DNA of 57,158 nt from Octopus bimaculoides (taxonomy: Eukaryota). Where the stretch lies: NCBI RefSeq assembly GCF_001194135.2, contig NC_068984.1, positions 80,752,327 to 80,809,484 on the forward strand, given 5' to 3'. Every line of letters begins with the position of its first letter. Position 1 is the stretch's first letter. Made by a program: the position numbers and the translations under genes. Under the pieces are notes generated by a model, which was not told the origin of the DNA, did no database searches, and saw only the letters and a list, made by a program, of their open reading frames with translations. This document shows positions 24,045 through 36,960 of this stretch, piece by piece.

Positions 24045-25030
24045 NNNNNNNNNNNNNNNNNNNNNNNNNNNNNNNNNNNNNNNNNNNNNNNNNNNNNNNN
24101 NNNNNNNNNNNNNNNNNNNNNNNNNNNNNNNNNNNNNNNNNNNNNNNNNNNNNNNNNNNNNNNNNNNNNNNNNNNNNNNNNNNNNNNNNNNNNNNNNNNN
24201 NNNNNNNNNNNNNNNNNNNNNNNNNNNNNNNNNNNNNNNNNNNNNNNNNNNNNNNNNNNNNNNNNNNNNNNNNNNNNNNNNNNNNNNNNNNNNNNNNNNN
24301 NNNNNNNNNNNNNNNNNNNNNNNNNNNNNNNNNNNNNNNNNNNNNNNNNNNNNNNNNNNNNNNNNNNNNNNNNNNNNNNNNNNNNNNNNNNNNNNNNNNN
24401 NNNNNNNNNNNNNNNNNNNNNNNNNNNNNNNNNNNNNNNNNNNNNNNNNNNNNNNNNNNNNNNNNNNNNNNNNNNNNNNNNNNNNNNNNNNNNNNNNNNN
24501 NNNNNNNNNNNNNNNNNNNNNNNNNNNNNNNNNNNNNNNNNNNNNNNNNNNNNNNNNNNNNNNNNNNNNNNNNNNNNNNNNNNNNNNNNNNNNNNNNNNN
24601 NNNNNNNNNNNNNNNNNNNNNNNNNNNNNNNNNNNNNNNNNNNNNNNNNNNNNNNNNNNNNNNNNNNNNNNNNNNNNNNNNNNNNNNNNNNNNNNNNNNN
24701 NNNNNNNNNNNNNNNNNNNNNNNNNNNNNNNNNNNNNNNNNNNNNNNNNNNNNNNNNNNNNNNNNNNNNNNNNNNNNNNNNNNNNNNNNNNNNNNNNNNN
24801 NNNNNNNNNNNNNNNNNNNNNNNNNNNNNNNNNNNNNNNNNNNNNNNNNNNNNNNNNNNNNNNNNNNNNNNNNNNNNNNNNNNNNNNNNNNNNNNNNNNN
24901 NNNNNNNNNNNNNNNNNNNNNNNNNNNNNNNNNNNNNNNNNNNNNNNNNNNNNNNNNNNNNNNNNNNNNNNNNNNNNNNNNNNNNNNNNNNNNNNNNNNN
25001 NNNNNNNNNTATATATATATATATATATAT

Positions 25031-25190
25031 GACAGGCTTATTTCAGTTTCTGTGTACCAAATCCACTCACAAGTCTTTGGTCAGCCCAAGGCTATAGTAG
25101 AAGACACTTGCCCAAGCTGCCACACTTTGGGACTGAACTTGGAACCAAATGGTTCAGAAGCAAGCTTCTTACCACACAACCATGGCTGCA
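25031..25190 (-). mobile_element. SINE-B 5' half; its (TA)n abuts gap 24045-25010
   Basis: GACAGGCTTATTTCAGTTTCTGTGTACCAAATCCACTCACAAG...TACCACACAACC. Confidence 0.8.
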
Positions 25191-26033
25191 CCTTCTATAA
25201 ACAAGATCTTCTCACTCAGCAATATATATATATATATTTATTAATATATAATTATGTATGCCTGTATAAGTATCATTGCTTTTGTCATCATCAGTTTCTT
25301 TACATTCACTATCTTCATGCTGCTGGTATGGGTTTTACAAAATGAACTGAGGCAGTATTCCAAAACTGGAAGCCTTTCCTGAAGCCAATCCTTATATGCT
25401 TGATCCTTTTTTTGTGTGTGTTGTTTTGACAAATATGGTGCTTTGTTCCAATAGTCTTGTACATTGAACTGCTGAGTGGGATGATTTTGTTTATGGAAGA
25501 CATAAACAAATATCTCTGTAACTGAAGTGATGTCAATACAAGGACATGCAAGGACAAACACGCGCTGACAAACTAATTTCCATACATATGTATGTATATA
25601 TAAAATGTATATATATATGTATATAGATAGATAGATAGATATAGATACATGTGTGTGTGTGTGTGTGTGTGTGTAGGAGATAGAAAAGTAACACACAAGT
25701 TGATATGTATATAAGGAAAATATGACAAGGTAGAAAAGGCTAAATTAATTTTATCATAATTTTACATTTTAGTACTGGTTTCCATCTTTTAGACTTTTCC
25801 AACTAAGAGTAAAATAAGAAAAAGAATTAAATTGGAGAAAAAAATTAAGTGGAAATATTTTGTAGATATCTCCATAGTTTTTACATAGGTAAAGTAAATA
25901 ATAGGTAAATATTTCAGGTAGTCTGTCTTTCTCTCTATTCCTTTGTGAATGCTTCGTAGGTGGGTAGTAGTAGTAAATCTGAAGGAATAGTTTAGGTACA
26001 AAGAATTGATGGTTTAAGCAGGAGCAGCTGAGG

Positions 26034-26133
26034 GAAGAAGAAGAAGAAGAAGAAGAAGAAGAAGAAGAAGAAGAAGAAGAAGAAGAAGAAGAAGAAGAAG
26101 AAGAAGAAGAAGAAGAAGAAGAAGAAGAAGAAG
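26034..26133. repeat. Pure (GAA)n, about 33 units
   Basis: Directly visible. Confidence 0.95.
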
Positions 26134-26334
26134 AGATGAAGGAGGGAGAGAAGTAGGAGTAGGGAAAGAAGAGGAGAAGGAGAAAGAAAAATACAGGAGT
26201 ACTGTGACACAGTAAATTGTTTGTGGAATCTTCTTTAATGGTCAAATGACCTAAAAGTGACCTGCTGTGATCGTAGCAGTAGTGGTTAGAATTGTTCTAA
26301 ATTCTTATAGTAGTTTCATCTGAGATGGTGGCAG

Positions 26335-27270
26335 CATACAAAATATTTATATTTTATGATAAAATATGCTTCTTTCCTAATGTGCTGATTATAGGTTGCA
26401 TTGTCCCTGAATTTATAGAGGAGAAAAATTCTAAAGTTGGGTTGTTTGTTAGTGGGGCAAACATTGATGCGCTCACTAATTCTATTTTTCTATATTCTCA
26501 TACTTAAATCTGGAATCTATGTACTGTCATCCTCTGGCATAGACTGTTTTTAGTTTGACCAATATATTGTTCTTGACACCCTGAGCAAGTTTATACATAT
26601 ATTAGGTTTTCCAAAGCACATGTGAAGTTGCTTTCCACTGTAAAACGTTGATCCTGTTTGAAGGAGAATTCCGATCCTTCAATTAGGTTGATACATATAA
26701 CACAGATAGGTCTTCCCCATTTTTTTACCGTTGATTTCAATGTTGTTGCTGAGTGTACTTGGGCTTTTATTAGAAGACTTTTCATTGATTTGGGTTGTCT
26801 TTTGCTCTTTATGATGGTGTGCATTTGGAGGATTTGATCCATTCTATGGTCCCTTTTTAGTAAAGGGATGTTCTGGAGGCTGGTGTCAAAGGCCTTATTG
26901 TTTAGGGGGTTGTGCATGGATATGTATGGTAGTACTTTTAGTTGTAAATCATTCTTTAGTCTGGGGTATCTGAATTTGTGGATATTAAATTGTAGGGCAC
27001 ACTGAAAGCCTATATCAATTAGTGATGATGGGTAGTTTCTGCTGATGAGTGTATCCTTTAGCTCATGTAGTCATGTGTCCCTGGTGCTTGTATCAGATAC
27101 TATAGTACAAATCCTTTTTGCCAGGTTGTAAGGGATATTCATTCTAGTGTGTCTTGGTTGGCAAGAGTTGAATGGCAGATATTGCTTGGAGTCTGTAGGC
27201 TTATAGTAGATGTCTGTTTCTATTTTGTTGTTGGATTTCTTAATGAGGATGTCCAGGAATGGAAGTTGCC
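26335..27270 (-). mobile_element. Penelope-like element 3' fragment (RT thumb + GIY-YIG endonuclease), pseudogenised
   Basis: [59 protein letters not shown]...GRPICVICINLIEG..F.VESNFTCALENLIYV*TCSGCQEQYIGQTKNSLCQRMTVHR...KEAYFI. Confidence 0.85.
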
Positions 27271-27408
27271 AATTTAATTGTTTTTCTTTATTATAATAAT
27301 ATAAAATAAACCTATATGAATTGAGATGCTTGTTATGCCTCAGTGTTTGTTGTCCTCTTTCACAAATATATGTGTGTGTGTGTTTGTGTGTGCATGCATG
27401 TATGCATG

Positions 27409-27469
<61 letters not shown>

Positions 27470-27544
27470 GTATATGTATATATGTATGTTTGTGTATATA
27501 TATATATTTATACATTTACATAAACATATGCAAATAAGTACATG

Positions 27545-28640
27545 TACAGGGTAAGATATTTGAAGACAGATTTATGTTTATAAAAAAACAAGGATCTGTT
27601 CAGTTTCACTCACAGATTTTTTTTAATTATTTTTTTTTTTAACTAAACAGTTATACTGGTGTAATTTCTGAACACGGTTGACTTTCAACATTTTTGTCAA
27701 AATTTCGTATTTTAGAAGTTATTTTGTGTAAAAGTTGTCGTATTTGGGTAATTTTAACCGATCAACAATGTGTATTCATTTGAAGAAAGCGACTGCTGTT
27801 TGTGATAGTAAGCGAAGAGCAACAACTTTCGGCTAAATATCTACTAAATGTCACCAGTCTGTTCTATTTTATTTTTGTTTACTGCCTGTGTTGCATATTA
27901 CATGCCTTGTTGTGTTTTCTTCTTTGGTTCTCGTGTCAGAGTAACCAGTAAACATCAAAGAATCAACACCAAGAAGAAAGAAATATTATTTACATACATT
28001 TATTCATTTGCCTGACATATAGTTAGAGATACAGCAGTGACAACAAGTTCACTCGCTGGCTGGTAGTTGATAGTGTAGAAGTTGCTGTCTGCCAGCATAG
28101 AGGGGAAGAGTAAAGAATTCTTGGTGCTGACTAGAAAGGAAGAAAGGATAAAGGTGGCATCATCTTTCTTGTGGCCAAAAGCTTCACATTTGTGTCAGCT
28201 ATGACCAAGGAGCAACACTTTCCCTTCACCCTTTGCTCGACCTACGAAAAGAACAGAGTGGTGACATTTAGTAGAGATGACCCAAAAGTTGTTGCTCTTC
28301 GATTACTATTGCAAACAGCAGTAGTTTTCTTCAACTGAATACACGTCGTTGATGGGTTAAAATTACCCAAATACAACAACTTTTAAATGAAATAACTTCT
28401 AAAATACGAAATTTCAGAGGCATCACATGTCCTTCATTGCTGACAACCCTCAAAACTGCGACAGTTGCAAAAAAATTTGTATGCCTAACTCTTGGAACTT
28501 CAGAAGGATCTGCACATAACCATCTGTCATTTCTTTTGTTGACATTTTGAACCAAATCGTTTCTTCTACTGGATTTTCAGTTTGTTTAAGAGCCCTTATG
28601 ATCTGATGTAGCAATTTTTTTTTGCTTGAAACTGCATAAG
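27545..28640 (-). mobile_element. Internally deleted DD37D (maT) transposon interrupted by a MITE
   Basis: 28415-28640 minus encodes QNVNKRNDRWLCADPSEVPRVRHTNFFATVAVLRVVSNEGHVMP; TA-CAGGGT terminus at 27545. Confidence 0.7.
27700..28414. mobile_element. 715-bp MITE with about 157-bp terminal inverted repeats
   Basis: Arms 27700-27856 and 28259-28414 are reverse complements (AAATTTCGTATTTTAGAAGTTATTT...CTACTAAATGTCACCA); non-coding interior. Confidence 0.85.
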
Positions 28641-28830
28641 TGTTTTTATGTGGAGCTGCATGGGTGCTTTTACATGGCACTTAGCAAAAGAGGGACTGGT
28701 CTTCTGCCATGGAATACAAGTCTTCTTGAGTACAGCAAGGTTTGACAGACATCTCAGACATTTGTCATCTCACCTGAAAGGTTCAGTCGTTCTTCAGTTC
28801 TTCATCCCATATCATCATGAGTCACCCATG
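28640..28830 (-). mobile_element. Degraded RTE-type 3' end fragment
   Basis: GGGTGCTTTTACATGGCAC, GTCTTCTTGAGTACAGC and CTTCATCCCAT match the RTE copy at 11400-11780. Confidence 0.55.
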
Positions 28831-28847
28831 ATGAGAAAGAAATCATC

Positions 28848-28889
<42 letters not shown>

Positions 28890-29289
28890 TGTGTGTGTGT
28901 GTGTGTGTCTGTGTGTGTGTGTGTGTGTGTATGTGTAGCCACGTGAGAGCACTTTTCTAATGACTGACAAGGGAGACATGGCTAAGAGTTGTTTTGACTC
29001 TTATTTCTAGCAAAGCTGGTGCTCACTAGAGTCATTTTAGTGATGACATACATACACACATACATATAGTTCAAATTTACAGGATACAAAAGGCAAAGAC
29101 AGGTGAAGGAACAACAAGCAGGTAGGTATATTAGTTTAACGCTCAGGAAGAATTGGAAAGTCTTTGACGTTTCAAGCTTATGCTTTTCAATAGAAAGGAT
29201 TGAGAGGTAAAAAAAAACAGAGAGAACAAAAAAAAATGGAGATAAAAAAAATTGTGGAGGGATTAAAGGCTCAACATGAAGAAAATATG

Positions 29290-29321
29290 TATACATACAT
29301 ACCTACATGCATACATACATG

Positions 29322-29388
<67 letters not shown>

Positions 29389-30470
29389 GCACACACACAC
29401 TGAATTTTGCCTACATCCACACACATATGGGTAGAACTGGGAAAGCATGGCACGAGCATGTGATACCCTTTCCCCTCTAACAAAACATCATATCCTCTCT
29501 TCCCACCCTTGGTCATCAAACCTACTTCTACCACCCTGATTTCTTCTTCTCCATCTATCACCAACACCAACATGTTCTGTCTATTAAAACTCTTCCCCTC
29601 CCCCTGCCACCACCCCATCCTGTCACCTCATTCTGCAATGTTGATTAAGAACTAACAAACTTTAAACAATGGACAAACCCTGATAACTATGGAAACGGCA
29701 GACTCCAGCAGTTTGGTTAACATCTGTAAGCTCTGACTTATCTCCCCTTGGTTTGGTGACTTCCCACCCCCTCGCTTCCTCCAACATCTCCCCATACACA
29801 CACACACCTGCCTTCCCATTCATCATAAGATATTCCTTATCACAACTACATTTATTTCTTACTCACACATTTATACATATGCATGCGCATGCACACACAT
29901 ACACACACACACACACACACATACACACACACACATACACATCTAGCCAATCTTGCTTTCTGTCCATCTTTCTATTTTTCTCACTTACACACACAGTTAC
30001 ACACACACACACACATGCACATACACATAAACACGGAGGGACCTAAATATACACTTGCTCACACAGGTACATAAACACACATGCACACACTACCCAACAC
30101 ACACACACACACATACACACACAATCACACAAAGACAAATATGCAAAACAGTTCATACCATTTACACACAAGCATACACACACATACATACACACACATA
30201 CATACACATGCACACAAACATACACACAGACATACACATACACAAACATATGCAATCACACTAAAACAAATATAGAAAAACACTTTATGCCACCCACACA
30301 AACATACACATACAACATATAAACACACGCAGTCACACATCCAACAGATACACCTATGCAACATTTCCACATACATGGAAACATGCACACATAAAACACA
30401 TATGCACAAGCAAATACTACTTAAGCACACATACATTTAAAAGCAGAACAAATGTGCACACATAGAAATA
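29290..30470. repeat. CA-rich degenerate microsatellite fields
   Basis: Directly visible. Confidence 0.85.
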
Positions 30471-30828
30471 AATATCTTATATAAATACATCTCTTACCAC
30501 TACCACTTCAACTCAGGTACCAACTCTCCTCCAACTCCAATACTACAGAACCTTTCACCCCAATTCCATAGCACCTCCTACTCAAATACTATAACGCCTC
30601 TCACTCCAATATTATAACACCTCCTACTCCAGTACCATCACTGCCCATCACCACTACTGTCTTTCTCTGCATCATGCCCATCAGACAATGACCACCACTA
30701 TCAAATGACAAGCTCCATGAAGCCATTTCTTTCATCATAAAACTATTCCGACAACACCAGAGTTATCATTACTACCATCATTCCCACATAATTGTTCAAC
30801 CTGAGTAAAAATAGCAGCTAAATCTACC

Positions 30829-31281
30829 TTGACCCTTTAACCTTTAAACCAGCCATATCTGGCCAAAATATTCTATTTGTTTTATGTCCAAACTGGCCAA
30901 ATCTGGCCTCAAACACTTACCCTAAAAAGTCATTGTAAAAATAAACAATCGCATTATTGAAATTACCGAGCTAGAAGATGAAGCATGATTATCTCAAAAG
31001 CAATGTGAATAAATAAGCATTACATTAGACAGAATAATCTGAATGTTGAAGGGTTAACCTTTTAGCCTTAGAACTGGCTATATCTGGCCAAATCATTCTA
31101 ACAATTTTATTTTCAAACTGATCAGATCCAGCATCTAACACCTACCCTACAATGTCATTCTAAAAATAAACAATCACATTATTGAAATCTCAAAGCTACA
31201 AGATAATGCATGATTAATTCAAAACAATGTTAATTAATGAGCATTATGTTTGACAGAGTAATCTGAGTGCTAAAGGGTTAA
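30829..31281 (+). mobile_element. Two tandem copies (about 226 bp each) of a TTAA-CCC...GGG-TTAA MITE (piggyBac-type termini)
   Basis: TTGACCCTTT..AAGGGTTAA-CCTTTTAG..AAAGGGTTAA; the two units align along their length and share the central TTAA; an inverted copy lies at 45361-45821. Confidence 0.75.
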
Positions 31282-31512
31282 ATCACAGCTCACTATCTTA
31301 GAAAAAGATATACTGGTTAGTTTGATCCGAGATTCCCTGCTCGTTGAAAAAGAACAGGATGGGATAGGACAGTTATGGCTAGAATGCTTCTGAATTCATG
31401 TCTGTCTGTTCGAAATTGACCAGTGGCTAAACACCACCACTACCAGCACATTGCCATCGTACTTATCAGTGTATTACATTGTGCTTGATCCACAATCCAT
31501 ATACACAAGAAC

Positions 31513-31893
31513 GTGGAGGCACAATGGCCCGGTTGTTAGGGTAGCGGACTCGCGGTCATAGGATCGCAGTTTCGATTCCCAGACCGGGCGTTGTGAGTGT
31601 TTATTGAGCGAAAACACCTAAAGCTCCACGAAGCTCCGGCAGGAGATGGTGGTGAACCCTGCTGTACTCTTTCACCACAACTTTCTCTCACTCTTACTTC
31701 CTGTTTCTGTTGTGCCTGTAATTCAAAGGGTCAGCCTTGTTACCCTGTGTCACGCTGAATATCCCCAAGAACTATGTTAAGGGTACACGTGTCTGTGGAG
31801 TGCTCAGCCACTTGCACGTTAATTTCATGAGCAGGCTGTTCCGTTGATCGGATCAACTGGAACCCTCAACGTCGTAAGTGACGGAGTGCCAAC
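31513..31893 (+). mobile_element. SINE-A, full length
   Basis: A and B boxes; 12-bp TSD ATACACAAGAAC (31501-31512 / 31894-31905). Confidence 0.9.
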
Positions 31894-32001
31894 ATACACA
31901 AGAACTTTTCTATTTTATGCATCACATTAGATCTATGAAAAATAATAAGGTTCTAGCAGTGAACAGAGTAACTTCTTAAATATTTGTCTTAATTCTATTT
32001 A

Positions 32002-32135
32002 TTTTTTGTCATGTAGTGTTCTTATTGTAGATTTTGAAAGCTTTAATGTTTTGGCAATGTGGCTGATCTTTTTCTTTCATATCAAATCTTTTTAAAACAT
32101 CCAGTGCAATCCTTTCAATGGTTCCTTTTTGCACA
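32002..32135 (-). pseudogene. Degraded pogo/Tigger-like (CENP-B-type HTH) transposase N-terminal fragment
   Basis: With frameshifts the minus strand reads ..IALDVLKRFDMKEK.ISHIAKTLKLSKSTIRTLHDKK. Confidence 0.45.
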
Positions 32136-32789
32136 ACTGCCTTCAGTTCCAGCTGATGGCTCCTTTTCTAGTATCTTGAATTGTGGGTATATTCAACAGT
32201 GGTGTTGATCAGCAATTATCCATAACAAATATATAGTAAATAAAATAGCACTGGAAAGAACTGTTTTATGAAAGCCAAAAATGGTTGCCTTATTTCTATG
32301 GAATGGAAATGAATGACTGAGAGCTTTTTTAAATAATGGTTTACAAACACTTCTGTCCTGCTATAGAAAGGTGAGAAGATGAAAGGGTGAAGGAGTGAAA
32401 TGAGAAGAAGTACTGTATGATTACAGTTAGTTGAAAAGTTAACAGGTTCACAGACATTTTGCCCCTTGCATCTCTGACTTAAGCCATAAGAACTCCACAG
32501 ACACAAATGTAAGTAATGTGCAGAGTTTTGCATGGCTGTGTGGTGAGAACTCGTCACCACTTACCCATACACTTGCATATACTAGCATATACACTTGATG
32601 GATTAAACATGATAAATACATCTCAATACATAAGAGAGTATGTATATATATGTTTTAGCTATTAAGTGTCATAAGTGACTCGAGAGCTGGGAGTTTCGTA
32701 CATAGCACTTATCAAGCTGTAAAATATAACAAAACCTTAGAATCACCAAATACAAAGATGAAAAAGCCAGACAAGTGGCCAATATATTG

Positions 32790-32954
<165 letters not shown>

Positions 32955-33712
32955 GGCTGTCCAGTAAAATATTATTCATGCTCTTNNNNNNNNNNNNNNN
33001 NNNNNNNNNNNNNNNNNNNNNNNNNNNNNNNNNNNNNNNNNNNNNNNNNNNNNNNNNNNNNNNNNNNNNNNNNNNNNNNNNNNNNNNNNNNNNNNNNNNN
33101 NNNNNNNNNNNNNNNNNNNNNNNNNNNNNNNNNNNNNNNNNNNNNNNNNNNNNNNNNNNNNNNNNNNNNNNNNNNNNNNNNNNNNNNNNNNNNNNNNNNN
33201 NNNNNNNNNNNNNNNNNNNNNNNNNNNNNNNNNNNNNNNNNNNNNNNNNNNNNNNNNNNNNNNNNNNNNNNNNNNNNNNNNNNNNNNNNNNNNNNNNNNN
33301 NNNNNNNNNNNNNNNNNNNNNNNNNNNNNNNNNNNNNNNNNNNNNNNNNNNNNNNNNNNNNNNNNNNNNNNNNNNNNNNNNNNNNNNNNNNNNNNNNNNN
33401 NNNNNNNNNNNNNNNNNNNNNNNNNNNNNNNNNNNNNNNNNNNNNNNNNNNNNNNNNNNNNNNNNNNNNNNNNNNNNNNNNNNNNNNNNNNNNNNNNNNN
33501 NNNNNNNNNNNNNNNNNNNNNNNNNNNNNNNNNNNNNNNNNNNNNNNNNNNNNNNNNNNNNNNNNNNNNNNNNNNNNNNNNNNNNNNNNNNNNNNNNNNN
33601 NNNNNNNNNNNNNNNNNNNNNNNNNNNNNNNNNNNNNNNNNNNNNNNNNNNNNNNNNNNNNNNNNNNNNNNNNNNNNNNNNNNNNNNNNNNNNNNNNNNN
33701 NNNNNNNNNNNN

Positions 33713-33900
33713 CTGGTGTTGGTGTGTTTAAGTCCTTGTAACTTAGCAGTTCAGCAAAAGAGACTGACAGAAATAAGTACCAAACTTAAAAGAAAATAAG
33801 CTCTGGGATTGATTTGTTCAACTAAAACCTTCAGGGCAGTGTCCCAGCATGACCACAGTCAAATGAGTGAAACAAGTAAAAGATAAAAGATAAAAGATGA
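33713..33900 (+). mobile_element. SINE-B 3' half after gap 32986-33712
   Basis: GGTGTGTTTA..CTTAGCAGTTCAGCAAAAGAGAC..CCAGCATGACCACAGTCAAATGA..ACAAGTAAAAG. Confidence 0.8.
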
Positions 33901-34173
33901 AAGATTACAGAATTATTTATTCCTGTTAGACCACCAATCATTTAGTGTTCAATGTAAAGCATCAGATGAAAGTTTCAAATTGATATAAAGTTTAGGAATC
34001 TGTTGATTTATGAAAAGATTTTTTTTTTTATTTCCCATCATTTCAGTCAAACTAAGGAGTAAATCTAAAATGTAGGCTAAACATGTAGTTAAAGATAAAT
34101 ATTCTATATTGTTCTTTTATTTTTACTATTAACTGTAGATGCACATTTGCATAACTTTATATCTCATCAATAC

Positions 34174-34239
<66 letters not shown>

Positions 34240-34251
34240 TATCATTGCTAA

Positions 34252-34740
34252 GACAATGAGCAGGTTGAAACATTAGCATGCCAAGCAAAATGCTTAGTAT
34301 TTATTATTTCATCCATCTTTATGTTCTGAGTTCAGATTCCATCAAGGTCTGCTTTGCCTTTTGTCCTTTCATGGTCGACAAAATTGGTACCAGCTGAACA
34401 TATGCTGGCATGGGTTAGATGGTTTGACTGGGATTGGTAAGTCAGAGAGCTGTACCAGGTTCCAGTCTGATTGGGCTTCGTTTCTGCGGCTGAATCCCCT
34501 TCCTAACACCAACCACTCCAACAGTGTAGTGAATGCCTTTTACATGTCACCAGCATGGGTGTCTTTTATGTGTCACCAGCACTGGCCATGACTATGATTT
34601 CACTTGGCTTGACATGTCTTCTCAAACACAAATCACCAAAGGTCTCGATCACTTGTCATCACCTCTGTGAGACTCAACATCCAAAGATCATGTTTCACCA
34701 TTTGATCCCATGTCTTCCTGGGTCTACCTCTTCCACAAGT
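34252..34740. mobile_element. SINE-C 5' part (plus, 34252-34392) fused to an RTE-type 3' end (minus, 34400-34740)
   Basis: Homology to SINE-C copies and to 11400-11885; ends in ATCCCATGTCTTCCTGGGTCTACCTCTTCCACA. Confidence 0.7.
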
Positions 34741-34899
34741 TCCTTGCATATTGAGCATAACTATTTCCCTGTTGGTATCAGAGTCCTGTCTTCTTCCCTA
34801 CGTACTAAAGGTTTAGCCTTTGTAAAATTTAATCCAAAGCTTCTTGATTCTAGGTTTTAATGATTTTTTTTCTTTACTTCAGGAAAATCTTACTTGGGA

Positions 34900-36530
34900 C
34901 AACAGTTTTAGCTAAATGCCTATCAAAGCTATACATTTTTAGCTAAAAGTGTATTAGAGTTTTGTGTTTAACTAAAAAATTCTAGAAAGTTCTAACATAT
35001 GGCTATAAACTCTGTCAGAGCTTTTCATTTAGTTAAAAGCTGTAACAGAACATTATGTTTAGCTAAAAACTCTATAAGGGTGTCTTCATTTAGTAAAACC
35101 TCCAGAGTGTTATGTTTAGCTAAAAGCTTTAAAAATCACTTCCTTTTAGTTTTTAGTTTAAATCTTTATCTGCCTTATGTTTAGCTAAAAGCTTTATTAG
35201 CCTGTATATTTATCTAAACACTCTGAAAGAGACTTACTTATGTTTAACTAAAAACTCTATTAAGTGTTTTCATTTTGTCCAAAACTCTATAATCAAAATT
35301 CCTTCATTGATAATAGTTATTTATCAGTTTTAGATTTTGTTGTTTTGTTTGGTTTTTTTATTGTGATATTTCATATAGAATATTTTAATGATTCATCTTC
35401 TAATTGATTCTATTTCCCCAATCAAACCTCTTTCTGTACATAAATTCTGTTAAATATTTTTTTTGGGAGGTTTCATCTAACAGAAAAAAAAAATTAAAAG
35501 CTAAAGAGTTTAAACTAAATACGCAAACACACATACACAGACACACAGACACGTACACATGCACACACATGCACATGCACACACATGCACATACACACAC
35601 ATACATGTGCATGTACACATATGGACACATGCCCACATTCACATATATATGCACATACACGTGCACATATGCATACATGTTGATGCATATATTTACACAA
35701 ATGCACATACATATATACTGATGCATACACACACATACAAATGCACATATACATCCACACATATGTATACAAGTAGACACAAACACTCACATGCATACAC
35801 ATATATATACCTACACACAAACATACAAAACACACACACACACACACATTCATACACACACACACACACCAATTTTTAAACAGTGGAGAATAAAGAAAGA
35901 AATTTGGTTGAAAAAGGTCATCAGTGAATTTCAGTGGAAATCAAAAAGCTTGAAAACATAAAACAACCAATTACGAGAGAGTTCTCAGGAATGTGGAGTG
36001 ATGGTTGATGGGAAGGAATAGCTGGCAGTTAAATGAAGAGCTTTATTTTGATAAAAATTCCCGTAAGGGTTCTTAAGAGAGAGAAAAATATCCTAATAAG
36101 GGATCCCCTAAGTTTTTTTTGCGGAAAAAGAGAAGGACTATTAAATGAAGAATTTTGCTTTGCAAAAATTCTCCATCAGAGAGTTCAAGCAAAAACAAAA
36201 AGAAACAAAAGAAAATAGTCTCTTGAAGGTTCTTAACTGAAAAAAAATGATTTTTTTTTTTTAATGCATAAATGTCCATTACAGAGTTTTAACAGGAATG
36301 GGAAAATAATTACAGAAAATAATTTTTAATTCATTTAAGAACATTCAAGAGTTTTGGCTGAAATAATTTTAAATAATTAAATAATTTAGAATAATTTTTG
36401 AGGAAAAAAAAAAAACAAAGATAGAAAACATTTAAAGGAGAAAAAGAGGATTTCAGATTTTAACTGGAGATGAGTCAATGTGGAAGAGTTTTGACTGAAA
36501 ATTAAAGAGCACATTTACTGAAAAACTAAA
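34900..36530. repeat. Two oppositely oriented degenerate ~30-bp minisatellite arrays around a CA microsatellite block
   Basis: TTTAGCTAAAAACTCT-like units at 34900-35290; reverse-complement-like AGAGTTTT(G/A)(A/G)CTGAAA units at 35900-36530. Confidence 0.5.
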
Positions 36531-36659
36531 TCTAAATATTGTCTCAGACCTTCCTAACAAATAAGAATGATGATTAAAATATCATTAGAAATAAAATGTA
36601 TCATTTGATGTTTAATGCAAGCAATGTATTGAAAAGTATATGCACCTTGTACTCTGTTT

Positions 36660-36960
36660 CTGTAGACTTCCCTGTCAGAAGACAACAGTTGAGGGCTCAG
36701 CAATTTCTTGCTGAACAACCTGTACAGACGATTTGTTTATAGAGATCAAATGTTTGTGCTGTACATTAGCTCAAACCCTCCATCAAATCAACATTGTCTG
36801 TACAGGTATATGGTGAGCTGCACATCAGATGTCAAAGTGATCTCAGAGCAACATCAAATGAAGTGTTTGGCTCAAAAATACAACAAATTGCTTGAACCAG
36901 GAATCGAAACTATGATCTTGCAATCATGAGTACAACACTCTAACCCCTAAGAAACACATA
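36660..36960 (-). mobile_element. Degraded tRNA-headed SINE with CORE-like box
   Basis: Minus: GGGGTTAGAGTG..GTTTCGATTCCTGG..TTTTGAGCCAAACACTTCATTT. Confidence 0.55.

Noticed and set aside
26200-26262. Hammerhead at the 3' side of the PLE fragment (minus TTAAAGAAG..CAAAC)
   Set aside because: Needs several core changes and has no convincing stems.
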